This document shows, piece by piece, positions 9,108 through 18,354 of a stretch of DNA of 64,000 bases. Each line of letters starts with the position of its first letter. Positions within the stretch are counted from its first letter, which is position 1. Both the position numbers and the translations under genes were made by a program. This DNA is from a virus, in the IMG/VR virus record IMGVR_UViG_3300010412_000003, positions 20,547-84,546 of that record. One strand, written 5' to 3'. The notes under the pieces were generated by a model. The model did no database searches. It was not told where the DNA came from and worked only from the letters and a program-made list of their open reading frames with translations.

Positions 9108-11213
9108 ATGAATAATTCAGAAGCAACCTATTTTTTGATGGAAAGAAAAAATAAAGTTATTTTACCAGATCGTACATATCGTGATGCACATAACACAGCT
9201 TATGTTGCGACAATGATGTATGGTTTGGTAAATTTAGGTTACACATTTTCATCGAAACTATTTGATCATCTTTCAAAACACTCCAAGACAGATATTGATA
9301 ATGCTTTTGAAAGCATTATTGGTGTTTTAAATCAAAGATTGGGAAATGATGTTGTTCATAGAGCAATGTATCCAAATTTTCCAAGACAGGTAATGGAAGC
9401 ACATGAAGTTGAGTTGCTTATCAATGCCATTATGCACTATTGGTCTGGTGGAAATGTTACCCCTGTATATGAGAAACTTTCAAGACAAAAAATTGAAGTT
9501 AAAAAATTTGATGAATTAAAAGTTATTGATCTTGGAAAAACAAGAGACTTTTTTGAAATGTTTACCGCAATCTTGAAATCAAAAACATCAATTTCTCAGC
9601 GTGATGTTGCATATCTTGAATGGTATATGTCCTTTTTCCCAAGTGTGTTTTCTTTGGAAATTGAAAAAATTACCATGAAAGAGATTGTTGCAGTTTATTC
9701 TGGATTGATTATCAAACATCTTGGTGAAGATTTTTGGTTCAAATATATTTCAGATCACATCACAAACCCAAATGATGTTTTAAGAATTGCAACTTATCTT
9801 TCTGGTGGTGACGTAAGTCTTTCAACTAATACTGAATTCACCAATATGCCAAGAAGCATTAGAAGACTTTTAATTCAGTTATTAGATAATTTTGCAGAAA
9901 ACAATTTTTTGCTTTGGGTCATGGTTGAAATGAAACCCCATTTTAAGAAATGGATTAGATTGGGAGAGGTTCTTCACCCATTTGAAGATAGGTATTCAAA
10001 ATATAAGGGTGCAATTAGATTGTTTGACTTTGTGCGAAATAATGTTCACTCTGTAAAAACATACAACTCTCTTGTTGAAAAATATTTTAATCAACGTGAG
10101 TATGGTTTGCTTGTTTCAACGCTACGAGAAAAACCAACCATGTATGCCAGAAATTTGAATAGAATTATTAATACAATGGAGCATGTTACAACAAAAAAGA
10201 TTGTAATGGATTTCTGTGAGGTTATTGATAAAGTATCAACAACTGTTTTGATCAACATGGTTTCTCATTTTTCTAGTTTGATGAATATGAGATATAGAGT
10301 TTTCTTTCCAAAAAGCAATGTTGGAAAAGTATATGGAATGGTAAATAATCTTCCACTGATTGACAAGTATACTGTTGAAAATGTTATTTATCATATTAAG
10401 TTGGAATTGATCAAAAGATTTAGCAAACTTGAAAGTCTTGGAAATGTTTATATTAATCCAAATCTTTCTAAATATGCTGTTCCATTTTCTCAGAGATCAG
10501 CAAGCGAATCACTAATGGGTCTTACAAGAGGTAGTAAATTTGAATTCTCTGGAAACATTTTGAGATTTTTTATCTATTGGGAAAATAATATGAGCAGAGT
10601 TGATCTTGATTTATCTGTCACATTTTATGATGAAAATTTCAACATTGTTAATTCTGTATGGTATAGAAATTTGAGAAATCGTTTTTCTACTCACAGTGGG
10701 GATTTTGTCTCTGGTGAAAATGGTGTCAGTGAATTTGTTGATATTGATGTTCAAGATGCAGTTTATCTTGGTGCTGTTTATGCTGTGCCAAATCTAATCT
10801 CATTTACTGGTCAGGGATTCAAAGAGCTTGAAAAATGTTACATCGGCTGGATGGAAAGAAATGATATGATGTCTGGTGAAATTTATGAGCCATCAACTGT
10901 TGTAGATAAAATCAACGTATCGTCAGATTCGCAAACATATATTCCAGTTGTTTTGGATTTGAAAAATCGTGAGGCAGTTGTTGCTGACATTTCAGTTGCT
11001 GGTAGAAGACATGGAAACCAAGCAAGTAATTTGAAAATGTTAAAATGGGTTGGGTTGTCATTGATGAACTCAAAGAAAATGAATGTAAAAGAGCTTTTGG
11101 AATTACATGCTACTGCTAGAGGAAAAATTGTTGATAACATTGAAGATGCTGATACGGTATTCCTAGAGGGTTTCGGTTTAGAAACGGATGTAATTGTTTC
11201 AGAATTTTTATAA
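9108..11213 (+). CDS. alpha-helical (ROT/TROVE-like) plus C-terminal TerD-like domain protein
   Basis: C-terminal RFFIYW..RVDLDLS..HSGD..SEFVDID is TerD-like. N-terminal MYPNFP.QV and DVLR.A..LSGGD match the architecture described for Prok-RING_4-associated proteins. No RING finger is visible. Confidence 0.7.
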   Translation: MNNSEATYFLMERKNKVILPDRTYRDAHNTAYVATMMYGLVNLGYTFSSKLFDHLSKHSKTDIDNAFESIIGVLNQRLGNDVVHRAMYPNFPRQVMEAHEVELLINAIMHYWSGGNVTPVYEKLSRQKIEVKKFDELKVIDLGKTRDFFEMFTAILKSKTSISQRDVAYLEWYMSFFPSVFSLEIEKITMKEIVAVYSGLIIKHLGEDFWFKYISDHITNPNDVLRIATYLSGGDVSLSTNTEFTNMPRSIRRLLIQLLDNFAENNFLLWVMVEMKPHFKKWIRLGEVLHPFEDRYSKYKGAIRLFDFVRNNVHSVKTYNSLVEKYFNQREYGLLVSTLREKPTMYARNLNRIINTMEHVTTKKIVMDFCEVIDKVSTTVLINMVSHFSSLMNMRYRVFFPKSNVGKVYGMVNNLPLIDKYTVENVIYHIKLELIKRFSKLESLGNVYINPNLSKYAVPFSQRSASESLMGLTRGSKFEFSGNILRFFIYWENNMSRVDLDLSVTFYDENFNIVNSVWYRNLRNRFSTHSGDFVSGENGVSEFVDIDVQDAVYLGAVYAVPNLISFTGQGFKELEKCYIGWMERNDMMSGEIYEPSTVVDKINVSSDSQTYIPVVLDLKNREAVVADISVAGRRHGNQASNLKMLKWVGLSLMNSKKMNVKELLELHATARGKIVDNIEDADTVFLEGFGLETDVIVSEFL

Positions 11214-11236
11214 AATAGAAAGGGGTATAAAGTAAA

Positions 11237-11788
11237 ATGGAAGTAATTGTTATGTGTGAACAGGGATACCAGCAAGCACTTGTCGGGTTATCTTTGAGGA
11301 AAAATGTTTCATTAGAAGAGGTTGAATTTAAACTAATGGAATATGCCAATCGTGATGATGGTCACGATAAGTTTTTAGAGGCAATGGTTGTTTGGATAGA
11401 TGTAATAGCACCAAGATATTTTTGGCAACAATTTGATAAAGTAAGAATTGGTGTGTCAACTCAGTCTGAATCAACAATGCATACGTTAAAACGTGGTGCT
11501 TTAACACAGGAAAGCTTTGAAGGTGGAATCAACGATTTGTATTTGAGATTTTTGAACAAACTAATAGAAGAGGGTATGTTAGAAGAGTTTAAAAAGCATC
11601 TTCCAGAATCTTTTCTGCAAAGAAGAATTGTTTGTACTGATTATAAAACATTAAAAAGGATTATACACTCAAGACATAAAGATAAAATGTGTGAATGGAA
11701 GAAATTTGTTAATTGTGTTTTGAGACAGTTGTCACATGCCGAACTTATTATGAATGGCACAAATATTGACGACTTTTTTAATTGTTAG
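11237..11788 (+). CDS. ThyX-like fold protein with non-canonical motif
   Basis: GH.KFL, APRYFWQQFD..R.G...SESTMH, LP.SFLQ.R; lacks the canonical RHR motif. Confidence 0.6.
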   Translation: MEVIVMCEQGYQQALVGLSLRKNVSLEEVEFKLMEYANRDDGHDKFLEAMVVWIDVIAPRYFWQQFDKVRIGVSTQSESTMHTLKRGALTQESFEGGINDLYLRFLNKLIEEGMLEEFKKHLPESFLQRRIVCTDYKTLKRIIHSRHKDKMCEWKKFVNCVLRQLSHAELIMNGTNIDDFFNC

Positions 11789-12370
11789 ATGCCATCTGGA
11801 AAAATACATGATCAAATTTGGAGAGTGGGACTTGACTACATGCTTGTTGCAACATTATCTGTCATTTTCCCACTCATAATTTTTACAGGCGAAGTTGAAT
11901 TAATTGCAATTTTTTCTGGATATTTATTAGGTTCTTTTATAGAGCCAGATTTAGATCAGTATGCCATAACAACCTCAGAGGCAAGGCTATACAAGTGGTT
12001 CAAGGATGTTGGTGCTTTTATTGTTGGATATTTTACTTGGTATGCTTATCGTTTCAAACATAGGGGAATATCACACTTTCCAGTTATTGGAACACTAACC
12101 AGATGGATTTGGATGTTCTTTCCATTTATGATTTACTGGATATTATCAGGAAATTATGATGGATTTTTGATTTTAAAAAACAAATGGTTAATTTATATGT
12201 TTATTGGAAATTCAATTTCTGATCTTCTCCATATTGGTGCTGATCGTGATTGGTTTGTAATGAAAATATTTTATAGACAAATAAGAAAGAAAAAACAAAA
12301 AAAATACAAAATAGTTAATCCCTTAGATAAACTTACGTTAAGGGTTAATAAAATATTAAATAAAAGGTAA
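11789..12370 (+). CDS. DUF2227-like metal-binding membrane protein
   Basis: MPSG..HD, PDLD, HRG.SH.P..GT..R, H..AD, plus hydrophobic helices. Confidence 0.75.
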   Translation: MPSGKIHDQIWRVGLDYMLVATLSVIFPLIIFTGEVELIAIFSGYLLGSFIEPDLDQYAITTSEARLYKWFKDVGAFIVGYFTWYAYRFKHRGISHFPVIGTLTRWIWMFFPFMIYWILSGNYDGFLILKNKWLIYMFIGNSISDLLHIGADRDWFVMKIFYRQIRKKKQKKYKIVNPLDKLTLRVNKILNKR

Positions 12371-12394
12371 ATAAAATTTTAAGTAGAGGTAAAT

Positions 12395-12760
12395 ATGAGT
12401 GAAGAAAAAGAAACATTAAATCTTATGGCTTTTAGAGTGCCTATAAGTATATGCCCTAGATGTGGAGAAAGTCATGATGAAGTTCTAATCAAACAATTAG
12501 TAAATTCTTTTATTGTAAACGAAGATACAACACTGGAAGGTTATTCTTGGGTAAAGATTGTGAAAAATTTAGATACAACAGAACCAGTTCCGAATATGGA
12601 TAATTTTAACCCATCTTTATTTATCAATCCAATGGTGATTAAACTTAACAAAGAAGAAAATTGGCAAAATAATTATACTTTCTGGACACAATGCCCAACA
12701 AATGATGAACCAGTATTTTTAGCAATTCAAATCAAATATGTTGAGGAAGAAGATAAATAA
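12395..12760 (+). CDS. hypothetical Zn-binding protein
   Basis: CPRCG..H and a distal CP; GAGG RBS. Confidence 0.6.
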   Translation: MSEEKETLNLMAFRVPISICPRCGESHDEVLIKQLVNSFIVNEDTTLEGYSWVKIVKNLDTTEPVPNMDNFNPSLFINPMVIKLNKEENWQNNYTFWTQCPTNDEPVFLAIQIKYVEEEDK

Positions 12761-13064
12761 AATGATCAAAAGCAAAAAAAGAAAAGTTCTCAGATATACT
12801 TCTGATCTTTATGTAAAAAGTTCTTTTCCATTTGTTCATACAAACAATTTAGAGGAAGCAAAAAATTATTATCCATTTCACGAAATTGTTAGAACACTAA
12901 TTTACTGGAAATACAAAATTCGTGTTAAACCAATAAACCTTCTAAGTGTTAGTGGAAAGTTTGATGCAAGAATGGAAGTTGAAACTGGTGGTGTAAAGGG
13001 ATGGTGGAATAAATTATTATTGAAAATTGTAAGATATTTAGATGAAAAAAGGACTAGTTTATAA
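12738..13064 (+). CDS. hypothetical protein
   Basis: operonic ORF. Confidence 0.55.
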   Translation: MLRKKINKMIKSKKRKVLRYTSDLYVKSSFPFVHTNNLEEAKNYYPFHEIVRTLIYWKYKIRVKPINLLSVSGKFDARMEVETGGVKGWWNKLLLKIVRYLDEKRTSL

Positions 13065-13660
13065 TGGAAGCAATTATTACAATTTCTGGAAAAGCACAAG
13101 CAGGTAAGGATTTTTTTGCTCAGACGTTAAAGGAATACTTGGAAAAGGAGCATAACAAAAAAGTTGTTGTGATTCACTATGCAGATTATTTGAAATTTAT
13201 TTGTAAAGAGTATTATGGATGGAATGGAGAAAAAGATGAAGCTGGAAGAACACTGTTGCAAAAAGTTGGAACTGATGTTGTAAGAAAATTAAACAAAACA
13301 TTTTGGGTTGATACTGTTGTTAATTTCATCAATGCCTTTAGAAATGAATTTGATTGGTTTATTATTCCAGATTGTCGTTTCCCAAATGAAATTGATACAC
13401 TAAGATATATTTATGAAAATAAATTTGTTGCAGTAAATTTATACAGAACACAATATGGTGGTGTTTTTGAAAATACTCTAACAGAAGAGCAGAGAAACCA
13501 TCCATCAGAAATTGCTCTTGATGGCTACACTAAATACGACTTTACAATTGAAAATAATGGTTTGCAAAGCGGAATGAAATCTATGGTTCAATGGTTTGTT
13601 CATGAAGTTGAATATTTGTTTCAAGATAAAATTATATTAGAAAAGAGGGGAGAGTTTTAA
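13064..13660 (+). CDS. deoxynucleoside monophosphate kinase
   Basis: SGKAQAGKD P-loop, R.LLQ..GT, D.RFPNE, H.SE. Confidence 0.88.
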   Translation: MEAIITISGKAQAGKDFFAQTLKEYLEKEHNKKVVVIHYADYLKFICKEYYGWNGEKDEAGRTLLQKVGTDVVRKLNKTFWVDTVVNFINAFRNEFDWFIIPDCRFPNEIDTLRYIYENKFVAVNLYRTQYGGVFENTLTEEQRNHPSEIALDGYTKYDFTIENNGLQSGMKSMVQWFVHEVEYLFQDKIILEKRGEF

Positions 13661-15648
13661 TGAAATTTCCAGTTTTAGAGAGGTTTAATTTTAGCAGTTC
13701 TTTTATTGAAGAGTGGAAAAATCAAAAACCAAATTTTGGATTTAATGGACTTGGAGAATTTGTTTTTTTTAGAACATATTCTCGCATTAAAGAGAATAGA
13801 TACAATGAACAGTGGTGGGAAGTTGTTCAAAGAGTTGTTGAAGGTGAATTTTCTCTTCAAAAACAGCATGTAATTGATGGCGGTTTGGGTTGGGATAATA
13901 GGAAGGCACAATCATCAGCAAAAGAAACATTTGAAAGAATATTCAATTTCAAAATGATTCCAAGTGGCAGAAGTCTTTGGGCTATGGGTACTCCACTTGT
14001 TATGGAGAAAGGTTTAACAAGTTCCTTGTTTAGTTGTGCATTTATTAGTACAGCCAACATGAAAGAAAATGCTGGACAACCATTTATGCAAGTGATGGAT
14101 TTGCTCATGACTGGTGTTGGGGTTGGTGGTGATATTTTGGGTGCTGGTTTAGAAATTAAAGAACCAAATAAATTGAAACTAAAATATACAATTCCAGATT
14201 CTAGAGAGGGTTGGGTAAATTCTGTTGGAATGGCAATCAATGCATTTTTTGGTGGAGATAATTATGAATTTGATTATTCTGAAATTAGACCATATGGTTC
14301 TCCAATAAAAACATTTGGTGGTACAGCAAGTGGTCATGAACCACTAAAAGAATTGCATGAAGCTATAGTTGAAATGTTTTATGGAAAAGCAGGTGAGGGA
14401 GTCACAGCAACAAACATTGTTGACATTTTCAATCTTATTGCCAAAGCTGTTGTTGCTGGTAATACCAGAAGATCAGCAGAGATTATGATTGGAGACAAAA
14501 CAGAAGAGTTTTTGAATTTAAAAAACTACGAAGTTAATCCTCACAGAGCAACATTTGGATGGGCAAGTAACAATACAATTTATGCAAAAATTGGTGATGA
14601 TTATTCACAGGTAGCAAAAAGAATTGCTGATAATGGAGAACCAGCACTTTTTTGGATTGACAATGCAAGAGAGTATGGAAGAATGAGGGATGGTGAAAGA
14701 AACTTTAAAGATATGAATGTTATGGGTCTGAATCCATGCGGAGAAATTACTCTCGAAGATGGGGAGTTGTGTAATCTTGTTGAGATTGTCCTTCCGAAAC
14801 AAGAAAATTTGGATGATTTTAAAAAGACAATTAAATATGCATATTTGTATGCAAAAACAATGACCTTATTGGGAATTGGATGGGAAAATACAAATCGAGT
14901 TCTTATGAGAAACAGAAGAATTGGATTGTCTCTTACTGGCATTGCCCAATTTGTTGCAAAGCATGGAATTAATACACTAATAGAATGGATGGAGGAAGGG
15001 TATAAAACAGCTAGGTACTATGATGATGTGTATAGCAAGTGGTTGGGAATTAGAGAAAGTATAAAAGTAACAACTGTAAAACCATCTGGAACTGTTTCTC
15101 TTTTGGCTGGATGTACTGCTGGTCTTCATTATCCAGAAAGTCAATATTATATTAGAAGAGTAAGAGTTGGCAAAGGTACTCAATTTGAAAAGATTTTATC
15201 TAGTGCTGGATTCCATGTAGAACCTGCATTTGGTCAAGAAGAATCAACTGTTGTTGTTGAGTTTCCAGTTTTTGCTGGTGAAAATGTAAAAACAATTAAA
15301 GATGTTTCTATGTGGGAACAAATGGCACTTGCTTCTTTAGCCCAAAAATATTGGGCAGACAATTCTGTTTCTGTTACAGTGACATTCGGAGAAGATGAAG
15401 TTTCTCAAATTGCCCAAGCACTAGATTTCTTTCAATACGGACTAAAAGCAGTTTCTTTATTACCAAGGGCAAAAGATGGAATGTACCCTCAAATGCCATA
15501 TGAGCCAATCACAGAACAAAAATATTATGAAATGTTGTCGAAACTAAATGAGATTGATTACTCTAGTTTGTTTGGTTCTGAGGCATTAGTTGAAAAGTTT
15601 TGTGCCAATGATGTTTGTGAAATTGATTTTGAACCAAGTGGGGATTAA
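13660..15648 (+). CDS. nrdJ: class II adenosylcobalamin-dependent ribonucleotide reductase (monomeric RTPR type)
   Basis: [39 protein letters not shown]-terminal FC..D.C. Confidence 0.93.
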   Translation: MKFPVLERFNFSSSFIEEWKNQKPNFGFNGLGEFVFFRTYSRIKENRYNEQWWEVVQRVVEGEFSLQKQHVIDGGLGWDNRKAQSSAKETFERIFNFKMIPSGRSLWAMGTPLVMEKGLTSSLFSCAFISTANMKENAGQPFMQVMDLLMTGVGVGGDILGAGLEIKEPNKLKLKYTIPDSREGWVNSVGMAINAFFGGDNYEFDYSEIRPYGSPIKTFGGTASGHEPLKELHEAIVEMFYGKAGEGVTATNIVDIFNLIAKAVVAGNTRRSAEIMIGDKTEEFLNLKNYEVNPHRATFGWASNNTIYAKIGDDYSQVAKRIADNGEPALFWIDNAREYGRMRDGERNFKDMNVMGLNPCGEITLEDGELCNLVEIVLPKQENLDDFKKTIKYAYLYAKTMTLLGIGWENTNRVLMRNRRIGLSLTGIAQFVAKHGINTLIEWMEEGYKTARYYDDVYSKWLGIRESIKVTTVKPSGTVSLLAGCTAGLHYPESQYYIRRVRVGKGTQFEKILSSAGFHVEPAFGQEESTVVVEFPVFAGENVKTIKDVSMWEQMALASLAQKYWADNSVSVTVTFGEDEVSQIAQALDFFQYGLKAVSLLPRAKDGMYPQMPYEPITEQKYYEMLSKLNEIDYSSLFGSEALVEKFCANDVCEIDFEPSGD

Positions 15649-15650
15649 AA

Positions 15651-16121
15651 ATGCTTTACAATTACTCATGTATTAATTACGATGCGGAGGAAGTCTTGAA
15701 AATAAAGATAAAGTATTTTACAGATATTGAAAAAATTGGAAAAATTGATATTGGGGACTGGATTGATCTAAGACTGGCAGAAGATGTTGGTATTTATAAA
15801 GGTGAACACAGGCTTTTACCACTAGGTATTGCAATGGAACTTCCAAAAGGATATGAAGCTCACATTTTACCTAGAAGCTCTACATTCAAAAATTGGGGAA
15901 TTTTGATTGCTAACTCTATGGCAGTAATTGATGAGTCATATAATGGGGATAGTGACCAATGGTTTCTAAGTGTTTATGCAACAAGGGATGTTCTTATCAA
16001 TAAAAATGATAGAATTTGTCAGTTTAGAATTATTGAAAAACAACCAGAGATCGAATTTGTTGAAGTAGAAACATTGGGAAATGAAGATCGTGGTGGTTTT
16101 GGAACTACAGGTACAAGATGA
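15651..16121 (+). CDS. dut: trimeric dUTPase
   Basis: [28 protein letters not shown]. Confidence 0.93.
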   Translation: MLYNYSCINYDAEEVLKIKIKYFTDIEKIGKIDIGDWIDLRLAEDVGIYKGEHRLLPLGIAMELPKGYEAHILPRSSTFKNWGILIANSMAVIDESYNGDSDQWFLSVYATRDVLINKNDRICQFRIIEKQPEIEFVEVETLGNEDRGGFGTTGTR

Positions 16122-16303
16122 ACTCCCTATTTGAAAATGAAGATGGGTCTCCAAGAAAACTTGGCAAGGATGAAAAAGAATACTTGGAAATGATCTTGGG
16201 AAAAATGATCAAAGACTTACAAACATTTGGTTCTTTCAAATCATTTATAACCAGCATGTATTATGAAACAAACAAACAAAATAATAATTACAAGTTGAAT
16301 TAA
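16118..16303 (+). CDS. hypothetical protein
   Basis: ATGA overlap with dut. Confidence 0.45.
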   Translation: MNSLFENEDGSPRKLGKDEKEYLEMILGKMIKDLQTFGSFKSFITSMYYETNKQNNNYKLN

Positions 16304-16349
16304 CTAACATTGAAAATTTTATTATAAAAGAATAAAAAAGGAGGTTGTA

Positions 16350-16448
16350 ATGGAAAAAGAAAAACCAAAAAAGATTAGCATAAGACCTTTATCATGGGCA
16401 ATTCTTTTGGCTACCAAAGGATTGACAATAAAAGAAGTAGTAAAATAA
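16350..16448 (+). CDS. small 32-aa peptide MEKEKPKKISIRPLSWAILLATKGLTIKEVVK
   Basis: perfect AAGGAGG RBS upstream; absent from the ORF track because it is short. Confidence 0.5.
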   Translation: MEKEKPKKISIRPLSWAILLATKGLTIKEVVK

Positions 16449-16471
16449 GTGGTATAAAGTTAAAAAAACGT

Positions 16472-16508
16472 AAAAAAAATAGGATGCAATTTGGCATCCT
16501 ATTTTTTT
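16472..16508. terminator. bidirectional intrinsic terminator at the strand switch
   Basis: A-run, ATAGGATGC/GCATCCTAT hairpin, T-run, between convergent gene blocks. Confidence 0.9.
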
Positions 16509-16594
16509 ATTAACTTTCCCCCTGTATGTGTGGTGTTTTCCCCTCTACATCCCCACATATTCGGTATTTTAATTTAATAAAACATCTATTTTAT

Positions 16595-17509
16595 TTAGAA
16601 CTTCTCTGCAAACCAATGAATGATAGATTTTATCACTTTTGATAAGAAATCAACAAACTTTTCAAACCAATTCATATCTTCCTCTTCCACAGGTGGTTCT
16701 GGTGGAGCAGGTGGTACAGGTTCAGAAGGTGGTTCTGGTTCTTCAACCTCATACCCACCCCACATTAACATTTTCTTTAAACTAGAATTACCCTCTAACT
16801 GAGGGGTTTGAGGATAGTTATATGATGGTAATTTTTCTCTAAGCTTTGTATAAAACTCTTCCCACGTTAATCCAAATGGATTTTCTTTTATGGTTAGAAT
16901 TGCATAATAAGACATTGCACCATAATATTTACTTCCAAAATAAGCATCATAACTATATTCAGAATCACTAGAACCAGTTAAAAGAAGTTCTTTCATTTGA
17001 AATTCTTGCAAAAATTTTCCAGTTCTTTTTAATTCTGGTGTTAATTGGGGTGTTGATTCGTGTTTAAGAAATCTTGGTTTTGCACTTTCGGAAAATGGAC
17101 TTGCGAATCTTGTTGAAGTTCCACTAAAACAAGAATCAAGTATAATGTAAACAGCAACACCATCTGGAACTTTATTAAGAACAGACCTTAACGAATCATC
17201 TAGCAAAACACCATCAGAAACATAAAGTGCTTCATCATAATAATCTGGTTCATCACCATTCTGATCTGGAACTTGAGTTCCATGACCAGAATATGTCATA
17301 ACAATTACATCACCATAAGATGATGCGCCAATCATGTTTTCAAGCTTTTCAAGAATAACTTGTTTTTTTGCTTCACGATCTAAGATCACACTTACATCAA
17401 AACCAAACTTAGTTAAAACATCAAGCCAACCCATAGCATCATTTATGCAACCATTTAGATTTGCAGAACCACCATAATCGTTAATTCCAATGCATATTGC
17501 TCTTTTCAT
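16595..17509 (-). CDS. metacaspase (peptidase C14) with PEPP linker and C-terminal amphipathic helix
   Basis: IGINDY, L.GCIND, YSGHG, D..GDE.D..DE, DSCFSG, QTPQL; start placed at MKRAIC after AGGAG. Confidence 0.9.
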   Translation of the reverse strand: MKRAICIGINDYGGSANLNGCINDAMGWLDVLTKFGFDVSVILDREAKKQVILEKLENMIGASSYGDVIVMTYSGHGTQVPDQNGDEPDYYDEALYVSDGVLLDDSLRSVLNKVPDGVAVYIILDSCFSGTSTRFASPFSESAKPRFLKHESTPQLTPELKRTGKFLQEFQMKELLLTGSSDSEYSYDAYFGSKYYGAMSYYAILTIKENPFGLTWEEFYTKLREKLPSYNYPQTPQLEGNSSLKKMLMWGGYEVEEPEPPSEPVPPAPPEPPVEEEDMNWFEKFVDFLSKVIKSIIHWFAEKF

Positions 17510-17517
17510 TCTCTCTC

Positions 17518-18348
17518 CTAAAAAATCCACTCAATACCACTAGTTGGTTCAAAATATTCGACAACATCAGGGTATAACAAATAAAGTGGCAAGAAACCAC
17601 CTGCTTTCTTTTCTGGAAGATCATTTCTGAGATTGATTCCATCTACAATCTGTTCTTCCATTCCCAAAAATGCAAGGTTTCCACCATCAAACCCAAACGG
17701 TCTAATCTTTTGATTTTCAACACCTGCATATTGAGTTCCATTTGCATACACCATAAACCAACCACCAGATTTCAAAACAATTCTTTTGCCAGCGGTATTG
17801 TCCAATCCTCTCAACTCTGCATTCTCATATGGATAAAGAACATTGTCTTTTACAATTTGAATTGGCGTATCTTTTCCAACTTTAACATAACCAACTCTTA
17901 ACCCATTGACTTTTGTAGCCCACTTTTCTTGTGGCAACTGCTTGAAGTTGACAAAATCTAAAACAGGTGGTTCTACAGGTGGCTCTGGCTCTACAGGTGG
18001 CTCTGAAACACCACTATCATCTTCATGGGCATGATCAAAAACATATTCATATTTGTGAATGTGTTTTTTATATTCTTCAACATGCTCTTCGAATTTTGTT
18101 ACATACTGAGAAATTGCATTGAAATTTTCAGATATTTTTTGAAAATTTTCATTGATTCTTTGACCGTTTTCTGCAATTAATTCCTCAAGCCCAAGTTCCT
18201 CTACAGCCTTTAATCTGGCAGAAATAATCGAGAGAGCAGAGTCAACATCTTCCTTTTTTGCAAAAAGAGAACCATCAAAAAACTCTTTAACCTTTTCTTC
18301 AATAAACTCCCCAAATAATGAAATAAATATTTTTTTTAACATATACAA
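17518..18348 (-). CDS. lysis-cassette protein: coiled coil, PEPP linker, unknown C-terminal domain
   Basis: lies between lysin and metacaspase; EPPVEPEPPVEPP linker. Confidence 0.65.
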   Translation of the reverse strand: MYMLKKIFISLFGEFIEEKVKEFFDGSLFAKKEDVDSALSIISARLKAVEELGLEELIAENGQRINENFQKISENFNAISQYVTKFEEHVEEYKKHIHKYEYVFDHAHEDDSGVSEPPVEPEPPVEPPVLDFVNFKQLPQEKWATKVNGLRVGYVKVGKDTPIQIVKDNVLYPYENAELRGLDNTAGKRIVLKSGGWFMVYANGTQYAGVENQKIRPFGFDGGNLAFLGMEEQIVDGINLRNDLPEKKAGGFLPLYLLYPDVVEYFEPTSGIEWIF

Positions 18349-18354
18349 ATCTCC

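Noticed and set aside
16515-16562. G-rich tracts on - strand next to the terminator
   Set aside because: Only three G-runs and a weak hairpin; no supportable function.
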